A stretch of DNA of 64,000 nucleotides from an uncultured Acidimicrobiales bacterium (GCA_963802505.1 CAWDJB010000002.1:532627-596626), one strand, 5' to 3'; positions 46,183-59,315 are shown, counted from the first letter of the stretch. Made by a program: numbers and translations. Notes: a model not told the origin generated them from the letters alone.

Positions 46183-47155
46183 TCAGGCGAAGCCCTGCAC
46201 CGCCTGAGGTGTGTAGGGCGACTCGAGCGCGCTGATCTCGTCGGCGGTGAGCTCGATGTCGACCGAGGCGATCGCGTCTTCGAGCTGCTGAGGCTTCGTG
46301 ACCCCGACGATGGGTGCCGTGACCGCAGGGTGCTTCGACACCCATGCGAGAGCGATCTGGGCCAGCGAGACACCACGGTCGGCGGCGACCTTCGCGACCG
46401 CCTCGACGATCCCGGCATCCGCGTTCGCGTAGAGGGTGCGCCCGAACTCATCCGTCTCGGAGCGATCAGTCGACGTGCCCGCGTCGCGGGTGAGCAGGCC
46501 GCGCGCGAGCGGGCTCCACGGGATGGCACCGACGCCCTGGTCGACGCACAGCGGCAGCATCTCGCGCTCTTCCTCGCGATAGACGAGGTTGTAGTGGTTC
46601 TGCATCGACACGAACTTCGTCCACCCGTGCATCTCGGCGACGTGTTGCGCCTTCGAGAACTGCCAGGCCCACATCGACGACGCGCCGATATAGCGCGCCT
46701 TCCCCGCCTTCACGACGTCGTGCAGCGCCTCCATCGTCTCTTCGATAGGCGTTCGCGGATCCCAGCGGTGGATCTGATAGAGGTCGACGTAGTCGGTGCC
46801 GAGGCGGCGCAGGCTCGCTTCGATCTCGTGCATCACCTCCTTGCGCGAGAGCCCGCGACCATTCGGGCCCTGGCGCATCACGCCGCAGAGCTTGGTCGCG
46901 AGCACGATCTCGTCGCGACGCGTGCGACTCTGCGAGCAGATGTCCGACGATCTCTTCGCTCGTGCCGTCGGAGTAGACGTTCGCCGTGTCGAAGAAGTTG
47001 ATGCCCGCCTCGATCGACCGCTCGATGAAGGGACGCGCATCGTCCGCGGGGAGCGACCACGGGTGGCCACCTCGATCGGGCACGCCGAAGCTCATGCATC
47101 CGAGGCAGATCGGGCTCACGTCCATGCCCGTCGTTCCGAGCTTGCGGTACTTCAT
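46183..47155 (-). pseudogene. aldo/keto reductase, apparent frameshift near 46925
   Basis: N-terminus MKYRKLGTTGMDVSPICLGCMSFG...FFDTANVYSDGTSEEIVGHLLAE. It continues in another frame as RTRRDEIVLATK...YVDLYQIHRWD.... Confidence 0.8.
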
Positions 47156-48837
47156 CGCGCTGTCCTCTCATTGCGATCGGCTGGGCTGACGACACGGCCC
47201 GGCAGGGTCTCTGCGCCCCGCTGCTCGCCGTCGACACGAATCGCGACGCCGTTGACCAGGACGTGCCGCACACCCGTCGGCTGATCTGCAGTCAGGCGCT
47301 CGGTGTCGGCAGGGAAGTCGCGCACACGGCGCACGGGTCCGGGGCCGACCGCGGCGGGATCGAAGACGGTGACGTCGGCGAACGCACCGCGGCGAAGGAC
47401 GCCACGGTCCGCGAAGCCGAAGAGGTCGGCGGGCTCCTGCGTCAGCTTGTGGACTGCGCCTTCCAGAGACAGCACCTCGCGCTCGCGCACCCAGTTACCG
47501 AGGAGGTCGGTGGGCAACGGGGCGTCGCACAGCTGACCGACGTGCGCGCCCGCGTCCGACAGGCCGAGCGTGCAGCCGGGCTCGTTGAGCAGCATCGCGA
47601 TGCCCTCGGGGTCGTCGTTGGCGAGAATCGTCTTCACGCGGAGCGCCTTGATGTCTTGTTCGTCGGCGCTGAGGTCGAGCAGCGTGTCGAACGGATCGGC
47701 GCCGCGCTCTTGTGCAACGGTCGCGAGCTTCTCTCCGACGAGCTCGGGATGCGCGGTCGACTCCATGATCTCGTAGGTGTCCCACCGCGGTGGGATGCCC
47801 TTGCGCTCCGCCCACGCGTCGCGCACCTTCAGCCGCCAACCCGGGTCCGCGTAGGCCGCCCGCCGTTCGTCGATCGAGCGGGGCATCAGCTCCGCGAACA
47901 CGGGATTCGTGTTGAGGTTGAACGGCTCGACGAGGTTCACCGAGAACGCCAGTGGGCGGCACGAGACCTGCGGCCACACGTCGGCTCCCCCTGCTCGCCG
48001 CTCACGGTGGATCTCCGCGGCCTTGAGGTGTGCACCGCTCGGCACCGTGAGCACCGCGGTGTACGTGATCGGAGCCCCGAAGCTCGGCTGCAAGTCGTAG
48101 CACTCGGTGAACGAGAGGCCTTCGCCCCCGTTGACGCCGATGACCCCGCGGCCGCTGCGGCCCACGGCACGGCACAGCGCTTGCGTCTCCTCCGGCTGAG
48201 CGACGCGACTGGGGATCGGTCGGCCATCTGCACCGACGTGCGTGAGCGCCATGCTCGTCGCAAAGCCGGCCGCGCCCGCCTCCATCGCCTCCTCGATCAG
48301 CGCGGTCATCGCCGCGACCTCGTCGGGAGTGGCAGGTCGATCGGCCGCCTCGGGACCGAGCACGTAGAGCCGCAACGGGGTGTGCCCGATGTACGCGGAG
48401 TAGTTGAGCGCCGACCCGCGTCTGCGCACCGCTTCGAGGTACTCGGGGAACGACTCGAACTCCTCCCACGGGATCCCGGCCGCGAGGCACTCGGGATCCA
48501 TGTCCTCGACCTTCTCCATCGTGCGACCGAGCAGGTCGCGATCGGCAGGACGTGTCGGCGCGATGCTGAAGCCGCAGTTGCCCGCCACCACTGTCGTCAC
48601 GCCGTGATAGCAGGACGGCGTGAGCGCGGGATCCCAGAACACCTGCGCGTCGTAGTGCGTGTGGATGTCGACGAACCCGGGGGCGACGACGCAGCCATCA
48701 GCATCGAGCCGGCGATCTCCGCGCAAGCCTGCGCCGATCTCGACGATGCGGTCACCCTCGATGGCGACATCAGCGGCAACGGCGGGTGCGCCCGTGCCGT
48801 CGACGACCTTGCCTCCTGCGATCACGACACGGTCCAT
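47152..48837 (-). CDS. N-acyl-D-amino-acid deacylase (D-aminoacylase) family amidohydrolase
   Basis: VAPGFVDIHTHYDAQVFWDP...GVTTVVAGNCGFS pattern. 561 aa. Confidence 0.8.
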   Translation of the reverse strand: MDRVVIAGGKVVDGTGAPAVAADVAIEGDRIVEIGAGLRGDRRLDADGCVVAPGFVDIHTHYDAQVFWDPALTPSCYHGVTTVVAGNCGFSIAPTRPADRDLLGRTMEKVEDMDPECLAAGIPWEEFESFPEYLEAVRRRGSALNYSAYIGHTPLRLYVLGPEAADRPATPDEVAAMTALIEEAMEAGAAGFATSMALTHVGADGRPIPSRVAQPEETQALCRAVGRSGRGVIGVNGGEGLSFTECYDLQPSFGAPITYTAVLTVPSGAHLKAAEIHRERRAGGADVWPQVSCRPLAFSVNLVEPFNLNTNPVFAELMPRSIDERRAAYADPGWRLKVRDAWAERKGIPPRWDTYEIMESTAHPELVGEKLATVAQERGADPFDTLLDLSADEQDIKALRVKTILANDDPEGIAMLLNEPGCTLGLSDAGAHVGQLCDAPLPTDLLGNWVREREVLSLEGAVHKLTQEPADLFGFADRGVLRRGAFADVTVFDPAAVGPGPVRRVRDFPADTERLTADQPTGVRHVLVNGVAIRVDGEQRGAETLPGRVVSPADRNERTAR

Positions 48838-48867
48838 GAGGGCTCCTCTCGTCAGCAGCCCAGCATC

Positions 48868-49935
48868 TCACCCCGTGAGCGCGCCGAAGGCGTCGACGTC
48901 GCGGGCCAGCTGAGCCGAGCGGTCAGCCATCGCCATGAACATCCGGTCGCCCCGCTCCGTGCGGCCAACCAGCATCGAGGCCGCGATCGCCATGATGAGG
49001 CTGGCGTGAGCGTGACGTCGGTACTCGAGCCAGCACTCGTCGAACGTGTAGCCCGTCACGCCTCGCTCGACCAACCGCCCGTGATACATCCGGACCAGCC
49101 GCTCCTCATGCGTACGGCGCTCGTCGACGTGGGCGAAAGCGTTGCCGATGAAGTACGCGACGTCCTGCGGTCCCGACCCGACGTGCACGGTCTGCCAGTC
49201 GACGACGGTCACAGGGCGAGCGCTTCCTGACCCGTCGAAGAGCATGTTGTCGAGGCGGAAGTCGCCGTGGATCGCCGTCGGCACGAGGGGCCGCAGGTCC
49301 TGCAACGCCCCGACCGCACCCACGAGCCGCTGGCCTTCTGCGATCGTCTCGGGCGCCAGCGTGTCGCGATAGCGAGCGAGGAACCCGTCCCAGAAGATCA
49401 TCAGCACGGTGCCGCCGGAGGGCGGACGGTTGAGCCACGCCATGTCCGCCAAGGTCGGATCACCCCAACGCGGTGCGTGCAGCTTGGCGGCCTCGTCCAT
49501 CACCAGCTCGGCCTGCTCGATCGTGCATCCCGCGATCTGGTCTCCTTGCTCGGCGGGGGCGAGGTCTTCGAGGACGATCACGACGTTGGCGGTCCCGTGC
49601 TCGAGGTCGGCGAAGTAGCAGTGAGGGCGACTCACGTCGACCGAGTCAGCGAGGTGGCGGTAGAACGCAACCTCGGTCTCGTAGGTGAGCGTGCTCACGC
49701 CTGCCGCCGCGCTGTCGGGATCGGCGGAGGCGAACTTGCACACCACTGTCGGCGGCCCCGGTGCTCCGTCGTAGTCGAGCGCGAAGCGCACGTTTGCGCC
49801 GACCTGGCCCGTGCCGATCGGCGTCGCGTCGAACGCGACCACGCGCGACTCGATGTCGAGCGCGCCGGCCTCACGCAGGACGTCGGTCAGCCACTGAGGC
49901 GTGACCTGCTCGGGGCGCGAGACGAGAGCCGGCAC
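48868..49935 (-). CDS. phosphotransferase (APH / choline-kinase-like) family protein
   Basis: IHGDFRLDNMLF catalytic loop and DWQ motif. Confidence 0.75.
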   Translation of the reverse strand: MPALVSRPEQVTPQWLTDVLREAGALDIESRVVAFDATPIGTGQVGANVRFALDYDGAPGPPTVVCKFASADPDSAAAGVSTLTYETEVAFYRHLADSVDVSRPHCYFADLEHGTANVVIVLEDLAPAEQGDQIAGCTIEQAELVMDEAAKLHAPRWGDPTLADMAWLNRPPSGGTVLMIFWDGFLARYRDTLAPETIAEGQRLVGAVGALQDLRPLVPTAIHGDFRLDNMLFDGSGSARPVTVVDWQTVHVGSGPQDVAYFIGNAFAHVDERRTHEERLVRMYHGRLVERGVTGYTFDECWLEYRRHAHASLIMAIAASMLVGRTERGDRMFMAMADRSAQLARDVDAFGALTG

Positions 49936-51177
49936 CTAGACGAGCTCGTAGCGGATCGGCAGTCGCTTCGGCCCGCCGACGAAGAGCGTCTGCATGTACG
50001 CAGGATCCCCGGCGAGCTCGATCGACTTCAGCCTCGGCATGAGCTCGGCGTAGAGCGCGCGGCCCTCCATGCGCGCGAGCTGGGCTCCGAGGCAGAAATG
50101 CGCGCCGAAGCCGAACGCCATGTGCTTGTTCGGGTTGCGCCCGACGTCGAACTGATCGGCGTGCTCGAACACGTCCTCGTCGCGGTTCGCCGACGGGTAC
50201 GACAACAGCACCGACTCTCCCGCGGCGATCGGCAGTCCGTGCAGCACGTAGTCCTCTGTGCTCGTGCGCATGAACTGCTTCACCGGCGACACCCACCGGA
50301 TCATCTCGTCGACTGCGGTGGTGACGAGCGCCGGGTCGTCGCGCAGTCGCTGCAGCTGGTCCGGATGCTCGAGGAGCGCGTGCAAGCCGCCGGAGATGGA
50401 CGACGAGGTCGTGTCGTGTCCGGCCGTCGCCACGATCACGTAGTAGCTGACGGCCTCGAAGATGCCGATCGGGGCGCCGTTGACCTCCGCGTTCGCGATG
50501 ACAGACGCCAGGTCTTCCGTGGGGTGAGCGCGCCGGTCCTCGGTCAGCGCGACGAAGTACTGGAAGAAGTCCTGGATCGTCTGCATGAGCTCCTCGGGCG
50601 TCGTGCCGCGCGCCATCTCGGGGTCGGCGGCGCCGAACAGCTCTTGGGTGAGCTTGAGCAGGCGAGGGAAGTCGTCCTCGGGCAGCCCGAGGATCGAGAG
50701 GATGACGTAGAGCGGGTAGTGCACGGCAACGTCTCTGACGAAGTCGCACTCACCACCCAGGTCGGCCATGCGGTCGACGTAGCGCTTCGCCAGCTCGGCG
50801 ATCCGGTCGTCGAGGCGTGACAGCGACTTCGGCAGGAACCAGTCGGCCGCGAGATGGCGATAGACCGGATGATCGGGCGCGTCCATGTGGATCAGCGTGC
50901 GCAGCACATCGCCGGTGATCGCCCGCTGGTCGTCGGCTTCCTTCGCGCCGAGCAATGGGCGCGGAGCGTTAAGCCACTTGTCTTGCTGGCGCTCGATCTC
51001 CATCACGTCGGCGTGCCTCGTCACCGCGTAGAACGGGTTGAATCCGTCGACCTCGACATGGTGAACGGGCGCCTCACGTCGCAGGAGCGCACACGCCTCG
51101 TGAAAGCGAGGCTCGTCGGCATACGCAGCCGGGTCGGTGAACACCCGCCCGGCCTGCTCGATGGTCATCTCGGTCAT
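49936..51177 (-). CDS. cytochrome P450
   Basis: The ATG at 51177 gives MTEMTIEQAG. AGHDTT I-helix, EMIRW (ExxR) and heme loop FGFGAHFCLG. Confidence 0.9.
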   Translation of the reverse strand: MTEMTIEQAGRVFTDPAAYADEPRFHEACALLRREAPVHHVEVDGFNPFYAVTRHADVMEIERQQDKWLNAPRPLLGAKEADDQRAITGDVLRTLIHMDAPDHPVYRHLAADWFLPKSLSRLDDRIAELAKRYVDRMADLGGECDFVRDVAVHYPLYVILSILGLPEDDFPRLLKLTQELFGAADPEMARGTTPEELMQTIQDFFQYFVALTEDRRAHPTEDLASVIANAEVNGAPIGIFEAVSYYVIVATAGHDTTSSSISGGLHALLEHPDQLQRLRDDPALVTTAVDEMIRWVSPVKQFMRTSTEDYVLHGLPIAAGESVLLSYPSANRDEDVFEHADQFDVGRNPNKHMAFGFGAHFCLGAQLARMEGRALYAELMPRLKSIELAGDPAYMQTLFVGGPKRLPIRYELV

Positions 51178-51182
51178 CGCGC

Positions 51183-52307
51183 TCACCCGGCGCCGACGCA
51201 TCGACGCACGACGGCGGCGAGCTCGAGGGCGCGTGCATCCATTCCGCCGGGAAGCGGAAGCCGTTGGACGGTGTACCCGAATGCGATCTCGTCGGCGGGA
51301 TCGCAGAACGCGAGCGACCCGCCCGCGCCGTCGTGCCCGAACGCGCGCACGCTGCCGAACGGCCAGCGTGGCGCGCACGGCGCCTGGAAGATCACCGCGA
51401 ACCTCGCCTGGAGGCCCGAGCCGAGCTCGATGCCCGCGACCTGGATCTGGGACATCTGGGCGATCGTGTCGTCGCTCAGCACGCGCGGCTGACCGTTGGT
51501 CTCGTGGCGAAGCGACGCGTACAGCGCGGCCAGACCGCGCGCGCTCGCGAGCACGCCGGCTGCGGGTGGCGCAACGCGACGGAAGTCTTCGTCGTTGACC
51601 CGTCGCAGCAGGTCGAGCAGATCACCCCGAGGAAACGCCAACGTCGAGACGGGGTCACCGCCGCCGAGCGCGTCCGGATTCGCCATGAGGAACGTCGTCA
51701 GCTCCTCGCCGGTCGGCGGCAACGCGTCGACGACGCGGTGATCCTCGGACGGAGGGGTGCCCATCCACAGGTCGATGGCGCGTGGCGTCGTGACGTCGTC
51801 GCGCAGCACCTCAGCCACCGGGCGCCCGTCGACACGGCGCACGATCTCGTCGGCCAGCGTGCCGATCGTGAGGCCGTGGTACATGAACGCCTGACCCGGC
51901 TGCCAGAACGGGCGTTGTGCCGAGAGTCGCTCGGCAAGCGGCTCGTGCGCCATCAGCTCCTCCCACGAGAAGCCGCCATCGACCCCCGGCAGGCCGGCCT
52001 GATGCGACAGCAATTCGCGCACGGTGATCATGTCCTTGCCGCGCTGCGCGAACTCGGGCCAGTACTTCGCGACATAGGCGTCGAGGTCGAGCTGCCCGCG
52101 TTCGACCAGGAGCGCGACGACGACTGCGGTCGCTCCTTTGCTGCTCGAGTACACGGGCAGCAACGAGTCAGGTCCCATGTCGCCCACAGCGAGGTCGACC
52201 ACGCGCTCACTGCGGACGTGGACCGCGAGCTGCGCGCTGAACGTCGGATCCGCCTCGAAGAACCCTCGGAAGGTGTCCTCTACTGGGCCGAACGATGTCG
52301 AGGTCAT
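51183..52307 (-). CDS. serine hydrolase, beta-lactamase-related family
   Basis: SxxK motif (VYSSSKGATAVVVALL). 374 aa. Confidence 0.75.
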   Translation of the reverse strand: MTSTSFGPVEDTFRGFFEADPTFSAQLAVHVRSERVVDLAVGDMGPDSLLPVYSSSKGATAVVVALLVERGQLDLDAYVAKYWPEFAQRGKDMITVRELLSHQAGLPGVDGGFSWEELMAHEPLAERLSAQRPFWQPGQAFMYHGLTIGTLADEIVRRVDGRPVAEVLRDDVTTPRAIDLWMGTPPSEDHRVVDALPPTGEELTTFLMANPDALGGGDPVSTLAFPRGDLLDLLRRVNDEDFRRVAPPAAGVLASARGLAALYASLRHETNGQPRVLSDDTIAQMSQIQVAGIELGSGLQARFAVIFQAPCAPRWPFGSVRAFGHDGAGGSLAFCDPADEIAFGYTVQRLPLPGGMDARALELAAVVRRCVGAG

Positions 52308-52323
52308 CGCTCGACGATAGGCG

Positions 52324-52917
52324 TCAGCGCAGCATCGGATCCGAGAGGTCGAGGAACTCGGTGTTCTGCGTCATGTCGCCGAACTCGGCCATGAGCGCCT
52401 GCACCTCTTCGGGCATCTCCTTGCTCTCGTTCGCGCGGGCCTCGGCCTCGCTCGTGAAGTAGTTCGCCTCGAGCAGGCTGTCGGGGCCGGTCCACACCCT
52501 CGTGCCGCCGATGAGATCGGGGCGCAGGCTGGCGAACTTCTCGAAGGCCTTGTCGAGCTTGGCCATCCGGGCACGGTCGACACCGCGTGACTTCATGATC
52601 TGCACGAAGCCAGCGTCATTCGACCCGCCCGCGAGGAACTGCTCCACGTCGGACGACTCGGTGAACGTGGGCTCGCCGTCGTAGTACTTGGCCATCTCCG
52701 ACCACCATGCGCTCTGCTCGGGTCGAGCGGCGTTTGCCTTCGCCGCCTCCTCCGACTCGAAGCGAGCGATCGTGATCGCTCGGCCGTCCGCAGTCACGCC
52801 CGAGGTGACACCGAGGAAGCCGACGGCACCGGGGCCGACCTCCTCCGCCCACCGGTCGCCCTGGCGCTTCAATCCCTCTGCGTCCCGCGCCTTCCCCTCG
52901 ATGATCTGTACGAACAT
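52324..52917 (-). CDS. hypothetical protein, possibly a duplicated ferredoxin-like (ABM-type) fold
   Basis: 197-aa ORF with normal composition. The two halves each start with a beta-strand-like FVQI(I/M) segment. No catalytic motif recognised. Confidence 0.4.
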   Translation of the reverse strand: MFVQIIEGKARDAEGLKRQGDRWAEEVGPGAVGFLGVTSGVTADGRAITIARFESEEAAKANAARPEQSAWWSEMAKYYDGEPTFTESSDVEQFLAGGSNDAGFVQIMKSRGVDRARMAKLDKAFEKFASLRPDLIGGTRVWTGPDSLLEANYFTSEAEARANESKEMPEEVQALMAEFGDMTQNTEFLDLSDPMLR

Positions 52918-52980
52918 CAGGACCTCCTCAACACCGCTGGTCCTCGGATCATGCGCCGCGACGCGGTCACCCGCAATCGG

Positions 52981-54213
52981 TCAGTCGACCAGCGCGGCGT
53001 AGACGAGCTTGCGCAGCTCCGCTCGGACGGGCCAGGTGCTCGACGGCAGCAGCTGCGTCATGAGCTGCGCGGTGATGCCTTCCTTGCGATCGACCCAGAA
53101 GGCGGTGCTGGCAGCGCCACCCCACGCCATCTCACCCTTCGAGCACAAGTTCTTGTTCTTCACCGGGTCGACGACCACCGAGAAGCCGAGCCCGAACCCG
53201 GTGCCGTCGAACACCGACTCGGTGAAGAGCGGCCGCCCGATCTCGGTGAGGTCGTGGCCGCCGGGCAGATGGTTCTGACCCATGTAGTCGACGGTGCGCG
53301 ACCCGAGGATGCGCGTCCCGTCGAGCACGCCGTTGTTCGCGATCATCTGCGTGAAACGCATGTAGTCGTGCAACGTGCCGACGAGACCGCCGCCCCCGCC
53401 GAGGAAGAGCGGCGGCGCGCTCGTGCGATGACCGAGCGGAGCCGGCACCGCCTTCCTTGTGCCCGGTCGCGGAACGTAGAGCGATGCGAAGCGATCGGCC
53501 TGCTCGTCGGTGCACCAGAACGACGTGTCGGCCATGCCGAGCGGCCGGCAGATGCGCTCCTCGATGAAGACGTCGAGCGTCTGGCCGGACACCACCTCGA
53601 CGACGCGGCCGAGCACGTCGGTCGACACCGAGTAATTCCACTCGGTGCCCGGCTGGAACAGCAGCGGGATCGCTGACCACGCGTCGCACGCGCCCGCGAG
53701 GTCCAGACCCTCGGGCGTGCCGAGCTCGAAGCCTGCCTGGCGGTACAAGTGATCTACGCCACTCGCGTAGAGAAATCCGTAGGTGAGGCCCGACGTGTGC
53801 GTGAGCAGGTTGTGCACGGTCATCGGCTGCTGCTGCGGAACCGTGCCCGGGTTGTTGGCCGGTCCCTTCGAGTACACGCGCGTGTCGGCGAACGAGGGGA
53901 TGAACTTCGAGACCGGGTCGGTGAGCTCGAGCTTGCCCTCCTCGAACAGGATCATCGCGGCGACCGAGGTGATCGGCTTGCTCATGGAGTAGAAGCGGTA
54001 GACCGTGTCGAGCTCGACCGGTGCGCCGGACTCCATGTCGCGCTTGCCGTAGGTCTCGAGGTAGGGCGTCTCGCCGTTGCGCGAGACCGCGATCGCCCAT
54101 CCGGGCAGACGGCCGTCGTCGACGTAGGTCTTGAAGTGCGAGGTGATGCGGGCAAGGCGGTCGGCGTCGAAGCCGACGTCCTTGGGCTCGGCGGTGATGG
54201 CAGGAACGGGCAT
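52981..54213 (-). CDS. serine hydrolase, beta-lactamase-related family
   Basis: The ATG at 54213 gives MPVPAITAEPKDVGFD. SxxK motif (FYSMSKPITSVAAMIL). Confidence 0.8.
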   Translation of the reverse strand: MPVPAITAEPKDVGFDADRLARITSHFKTYVDDGRLPGWAIAVSRNGETPYLETYGKRDMESGAPVELDTVYRFYSMSKPITSVAAMILFEEGKLELTDPVSKFIPSFADTRVYSKGPANNPGTVPQQQPMTVHNLLTHTSGLTYGFLYASGVDHLYRQAGFELGTPEGLDLAGACDAWSAIPLLFQPGTEWNYSVSTDVLGRVVEVVSGQTLDVFIEERICRPLGMADTSFWCTDEQADRFASLYVPRPGTRKAVPAPLGHRTSAPPLFLGGGGGLVGTLHDYMRFTQMIANNGVLDGTRILGSRTVDYMGQNHLPGGHDLTEIGRPLFTESVFDGTGFGLGFSVVVDPVKNKNLCSKGEMAWGGAASTAFWVDRKEGITAQLMTQLLPSSTWPVRAELRKLVYAALVD

Positions 54214-54233
54214 CACCTCACCGTAGAACCAGA

Positions 54234-54911
54234 TCAGCCCTTGCCGCGCGCTCGCTTCTTGGAATCGGCGAGCCCCGCCGCGAGCACCCAACGCGCCGTC
54301 TGCAGCATCACTCGCTTGGCCTCGTCGAGGTCGAGGCCGGCGACGTCGATGAGTGAGATCGCGGCTTCGGTGCCCCACACGATGTCGAGTGCGGCGACGA
54401 GGCGGCGCCGCTCCGCATCGGTGAGCGTCTCCCGCAATGGCTCGACCACGCGCTGGTTCCAGTGGTGGCGCCGGCCCTCCCGGATCGGGGCCGGCTCGGC
54501 CGCGGGCGACTGCTGCTGCGCGAACCACCGCTCGGACGCGAGCTTCGCCATCGTTCGGTAGGGCAGCGGGTTCTCGAGCATGTCCCAGCCGATCCGCGTG
54601 ATGACCACCTCGAGCCGCGCACCCACGTCGTCGCCCGCGGCGTCGACGGCCTTCTCGACGTCCGCGCTCAGCTCGGTGAAGTCCATCGTCTCGAACGACG
54701 CTTCGGTCCAGAGGTCGTCGGCTGTCGGGAAGTATCGATAGGCGGTTGCCACCGACACCAGAGCGCGCTCGGCCGCATCGGGCACCGACGGAGGCCTGCC
54801 CTCGCGCACGAGCTCGACGGCTGCGGCGAGCAACGCCGCTCGAGTGCGAGCCTTCTGGTTCACCCGTCCAGGGCTTTTTGTGAGATTTGCCTCTTGACGT
54901 GAGAGTGCCAT
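54234..54911 (-). CDS. TetR-family transcriptional regulator
   Basis: N-terminal HTH (TRAALLAAAVELVREGR...VPDAAERALVSVATAYRYFPT). Confidence 0.85.
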   Translation of the reverse strand: MALSRQEANLTKSPGRVNQKARTRAALLAAAVELVREGRPPSVPDAAERALVSVATAYRYFPTADDLWTEASFETMDFTELSADVEKAVDAAGDDVGARLEVVITRIGWDMLENPLPYRTMAKLASERWFAQQQSPAAEPAPIREGRRHHWNQRVVEPLRETLTDAERRRLVAALDIVWGTEAAISLIDVAGLDLDEAKRVMLQTARWVLAAGLADSKKRARGKG

Positions 54912-54942
54912 CTCATGATGATAGCATCCTCACGACATGAGA
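54911..54942. promoter_or_regulatory. candidate TetR operator: 7-bp perfect inverted repeat TCTCATG-N18-CATGAGA
   Basis: Spans the 45-nt divergent intergenic region between the TetR start (54911) and the SnoaL-like start (54957). This is the most AT-rich stretch I noticed by eye (not computed). Confidence 0.35.
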
Positions 54943-54956
54943 GGAAGGGACCAGCG

Positions 54957-55367
54957 ATGGAGCTGACAGACATGAAGGCGCTCGTCGAGCGGCACCTGAA
55001 GGCCGAGGGCGCCGGCGACATCGAGGGCGCGGTCTCCGTCTACACCCAGGACGTCGAGCATGACCCCGTCGGGTTCCCCGGCGCGCCCTATCGCGGCAAG
55101 GACGGCGCGCGGGCGTTCTATGGACACCTGACCCAGAACTTCCTCACCGAGGACGAGCAGCCCACTCGCGAGTACGTGACGGACAACGCGCTCGTGATGG
55201 AGCAGCTGATGACCGGAACCGTGATCGGCGAGATGCTCGGGCTTCCCGGCAACAACCGACGGATCACGTTCCGCATCCTGCATGTGTTCGAGTTCCGTGA
55301 CGGCCTCATCAGCCGTGAGAACGTCTGGCTCGACACCGCGGCGATCGTCGGTCAGCTCGCAAGCTGA
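54957..55367 (+). CDS. SnoaL-like / ester-cyclase (NTF2-fold) protein
   Basis: The ATG at 54957 is preceded by GAGAGGAAGGGA. Contains MELTDMKALVERHLKAEGAGDIEGAVSVYTQDV...RENVWLD. Confidence 0.65.
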   Translation: MELTDMKALVERHLKAEGAGDIEGAVSVYTQDVEHDPVGFPGAPYRGKDGARAFYGHLTQNFLTEDEQPTREYVTDNALVMEQLMTGTVIGEMLGLPGNNRRITFRILHVFEFRDGLISRENVWLDTAAIVGQLAS

Positions 55368-55391
55368 CGCAAGCTCGATGAGGGGTTGATG

Positions 55392-55419
55392 AAGGGCCGG
55401 TGCCGGGGCACCGGCCCTT
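55392..55419. terminator. perfect 12-bp stem / 4-nt loop hairpin between convergent genes
   Basis: AAGGGCCGGTGC-CGGG-GCACCGGCCCTT, with a T-run only on the plus strand. Lies between the SnoaL-like stop and the katG stop. Confidence 0.6.
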
Positions 55420-55425
55420 TGGTCA

Positions 55426-58041
<2,616 letters not shown>

Positions 58042-58042
<1 letters not shown>

Positions 58043-58077
58043 GAGCCCATGCCATCACCTTTTCTGGAATGAGTCAA
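58042..58077 (-). promoter_or_regulatory. putative furA promoter giving a leaderless transcript
   Basis: Minus-strand sense: TTGACT-N17-TGGCAT-GGGCTC-GTG. The AT-rich CATTCCAGAAAAGG spacer resembles the mycobacterial FurA operator as I remember it. Confidence 0.4.
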
Positions 58078-58156
58078 GAAAGACCTGTTGCCAATGGCAC
58101 AGCTCGATGTGAGCGCATGTGAGTGGCGTGTGAGCGGAGTGGCCGAGACTCGTCGC

Positions 58157-58942
58157 ATGAGCAAGCTGCGAGTTCCCGATCGATCGTTCTACCCGGCGCC
58201 GCTGGGCTCGATCCTGTCGATCTGGGCGCATCCCGACGACGAGACCTACCTGGCAGGCGGGGTCATGGCGGCTGCGCGCGACCGCGGGCAACGCGTCGTG
58301 TGCGTGTCCGCGACCGCAGGTGAGAACGGCACGCCCGATCCTGAGGCCTGGCCGCCGGCCCGGCTCGGCGCGGTCCGCAGGTGGGAGTCCGCCGCCGCGA
58401 TGGCGGTGCTCGGCGTCGAGGAGCACCGCATCGCCGACTTCCCCGACGGAGAGCTGACGAGCCACGGGGAGCAGGGCGTCGCCTGGGTCGGCGATTTCAT
58501 CGACGAGATCGAACCCGACACGATCCTCACGTTCGGCAGTGACGGAATCACGTTCCATCCCGATCACGTCGCCGTGCACGAGTGGGTCACCCGCGCCTGG
58601 GAGGACCGGGGTTGCCGATCACGGTTGCTGTGCGCCGCTCCGACGGTCGGGTCGCTCGAAAAGTTCGGACCGCTCTACGCGAAGTGGGGCGTGTACATGA
58701 CCGATGACCGCCCGACGGGTGTGTCGGACGGGGATGCCGTCGTGCACGTCGCGCTCACGGGACCGCAGCTCGATCGGAAGATGACGGCGCTCCGCGCCAT
58801 GGCGACCCAGACCGGCGGCGCGATCGAGATGCTCGGCGAGGCGACCTACGCCGATCTGGTCGCGAAGGAAACCTTCGTCGACGCGCTCGCCATCGACGTG
58901 CTCGCGGTCAGTGGGGCTCGGCCCGGTACTCGTCGTCGGTGA
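58157..58942 (+). CDS. PIG-L / LmbE-family deacetylase
   Basis: ILSIWAHPDDETYLAGG zinc-binding motif and a later HPDH motif. Confidence 0.75.
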   Translation: MSKLRVPDRSFYPAPLGSILSIWAHPDDETYLAGGVMAAARDRGQRVVCVSATAGENGTPDPEAWPPARLGAVRRWESAAAMAVLGVEEHRIADFPDGELTSHGEQGVAWVGDFIDEIEPDTILTFGSDGITFHPDHVAVHEWVTRAWEDRGCRSRLLCAAPTVGSLEKFGPLYAKWGVYMTDDRPTGVSDGDAVVHVALTGPQLDRKMTALRAMATQTGGAIEMLGEATYADLVAKETFVDALAIDVLAVSGARPGTRRR

Positions 58943-59315
58943 CGTGCGCGCCCCACTCGGTCTCGGGGCGGTCGCTCGGTCCGATGCCCTCGGTGATCGA
59001 CAGGTGCGTCATGAAGTGGTCGGGCGCGGCACCGTGCCAGTGCCACTCATCGGCCGGAGTGTGCACGATGTCGCCCGACGTGAGCGCGAACAGCTCTCCG
59101 CCCGCGGACTGGACGCGCCCCTCGCCCTCGGTGACGTAGAGCGTCTGACCGAGGACGTGGCAGTGCCATGCAGTGCGCGCCCCCGGAGTGAAATGCACTG
59201 CGTTCACCCTGACGCGAGACGGCTCCTCGCCCCGGGCGATCGGGTCGAGCCAGACGTCTCCGGTGAACCACTCACTCGGTCCTCTCGTGGACGAGGGCTT
59301 CGGCTTCTTCTCCAC
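58908..59315 (-). CDS. cupin-domain protein
   Basis: The GTG at 59315 is preceded by GGAAGGAG. G.RTAWH.H...Q.L.V..G.G......G......GD....P....HWHGA cupin motifs. Confidence 0.7.
   Translation of the reverse strand: MEKKPKPSSTRGPSEWFTGDVWLDPIARGEEPSRVRVNAVHFTPGARTAWHCHVLGQTLYVTEGEGRVQSAGGELFALTSGDIVHTPADEWHWHGAAPDHFMTHLSITEGIGPSDRPETEWGAHVTDDEYRAEPH

Noticed and set aside
54894-54927. TTGACG ... TAGCAT as a sigma-70-type promoter for the SnoaL-like gene.
   Set aside because: The spacing to the best -10-like hexamer is 22 nt. The 17-nt-spaced alternative (GATGAT) is a poor -10. Only the inverted repeat was kept as a feature.
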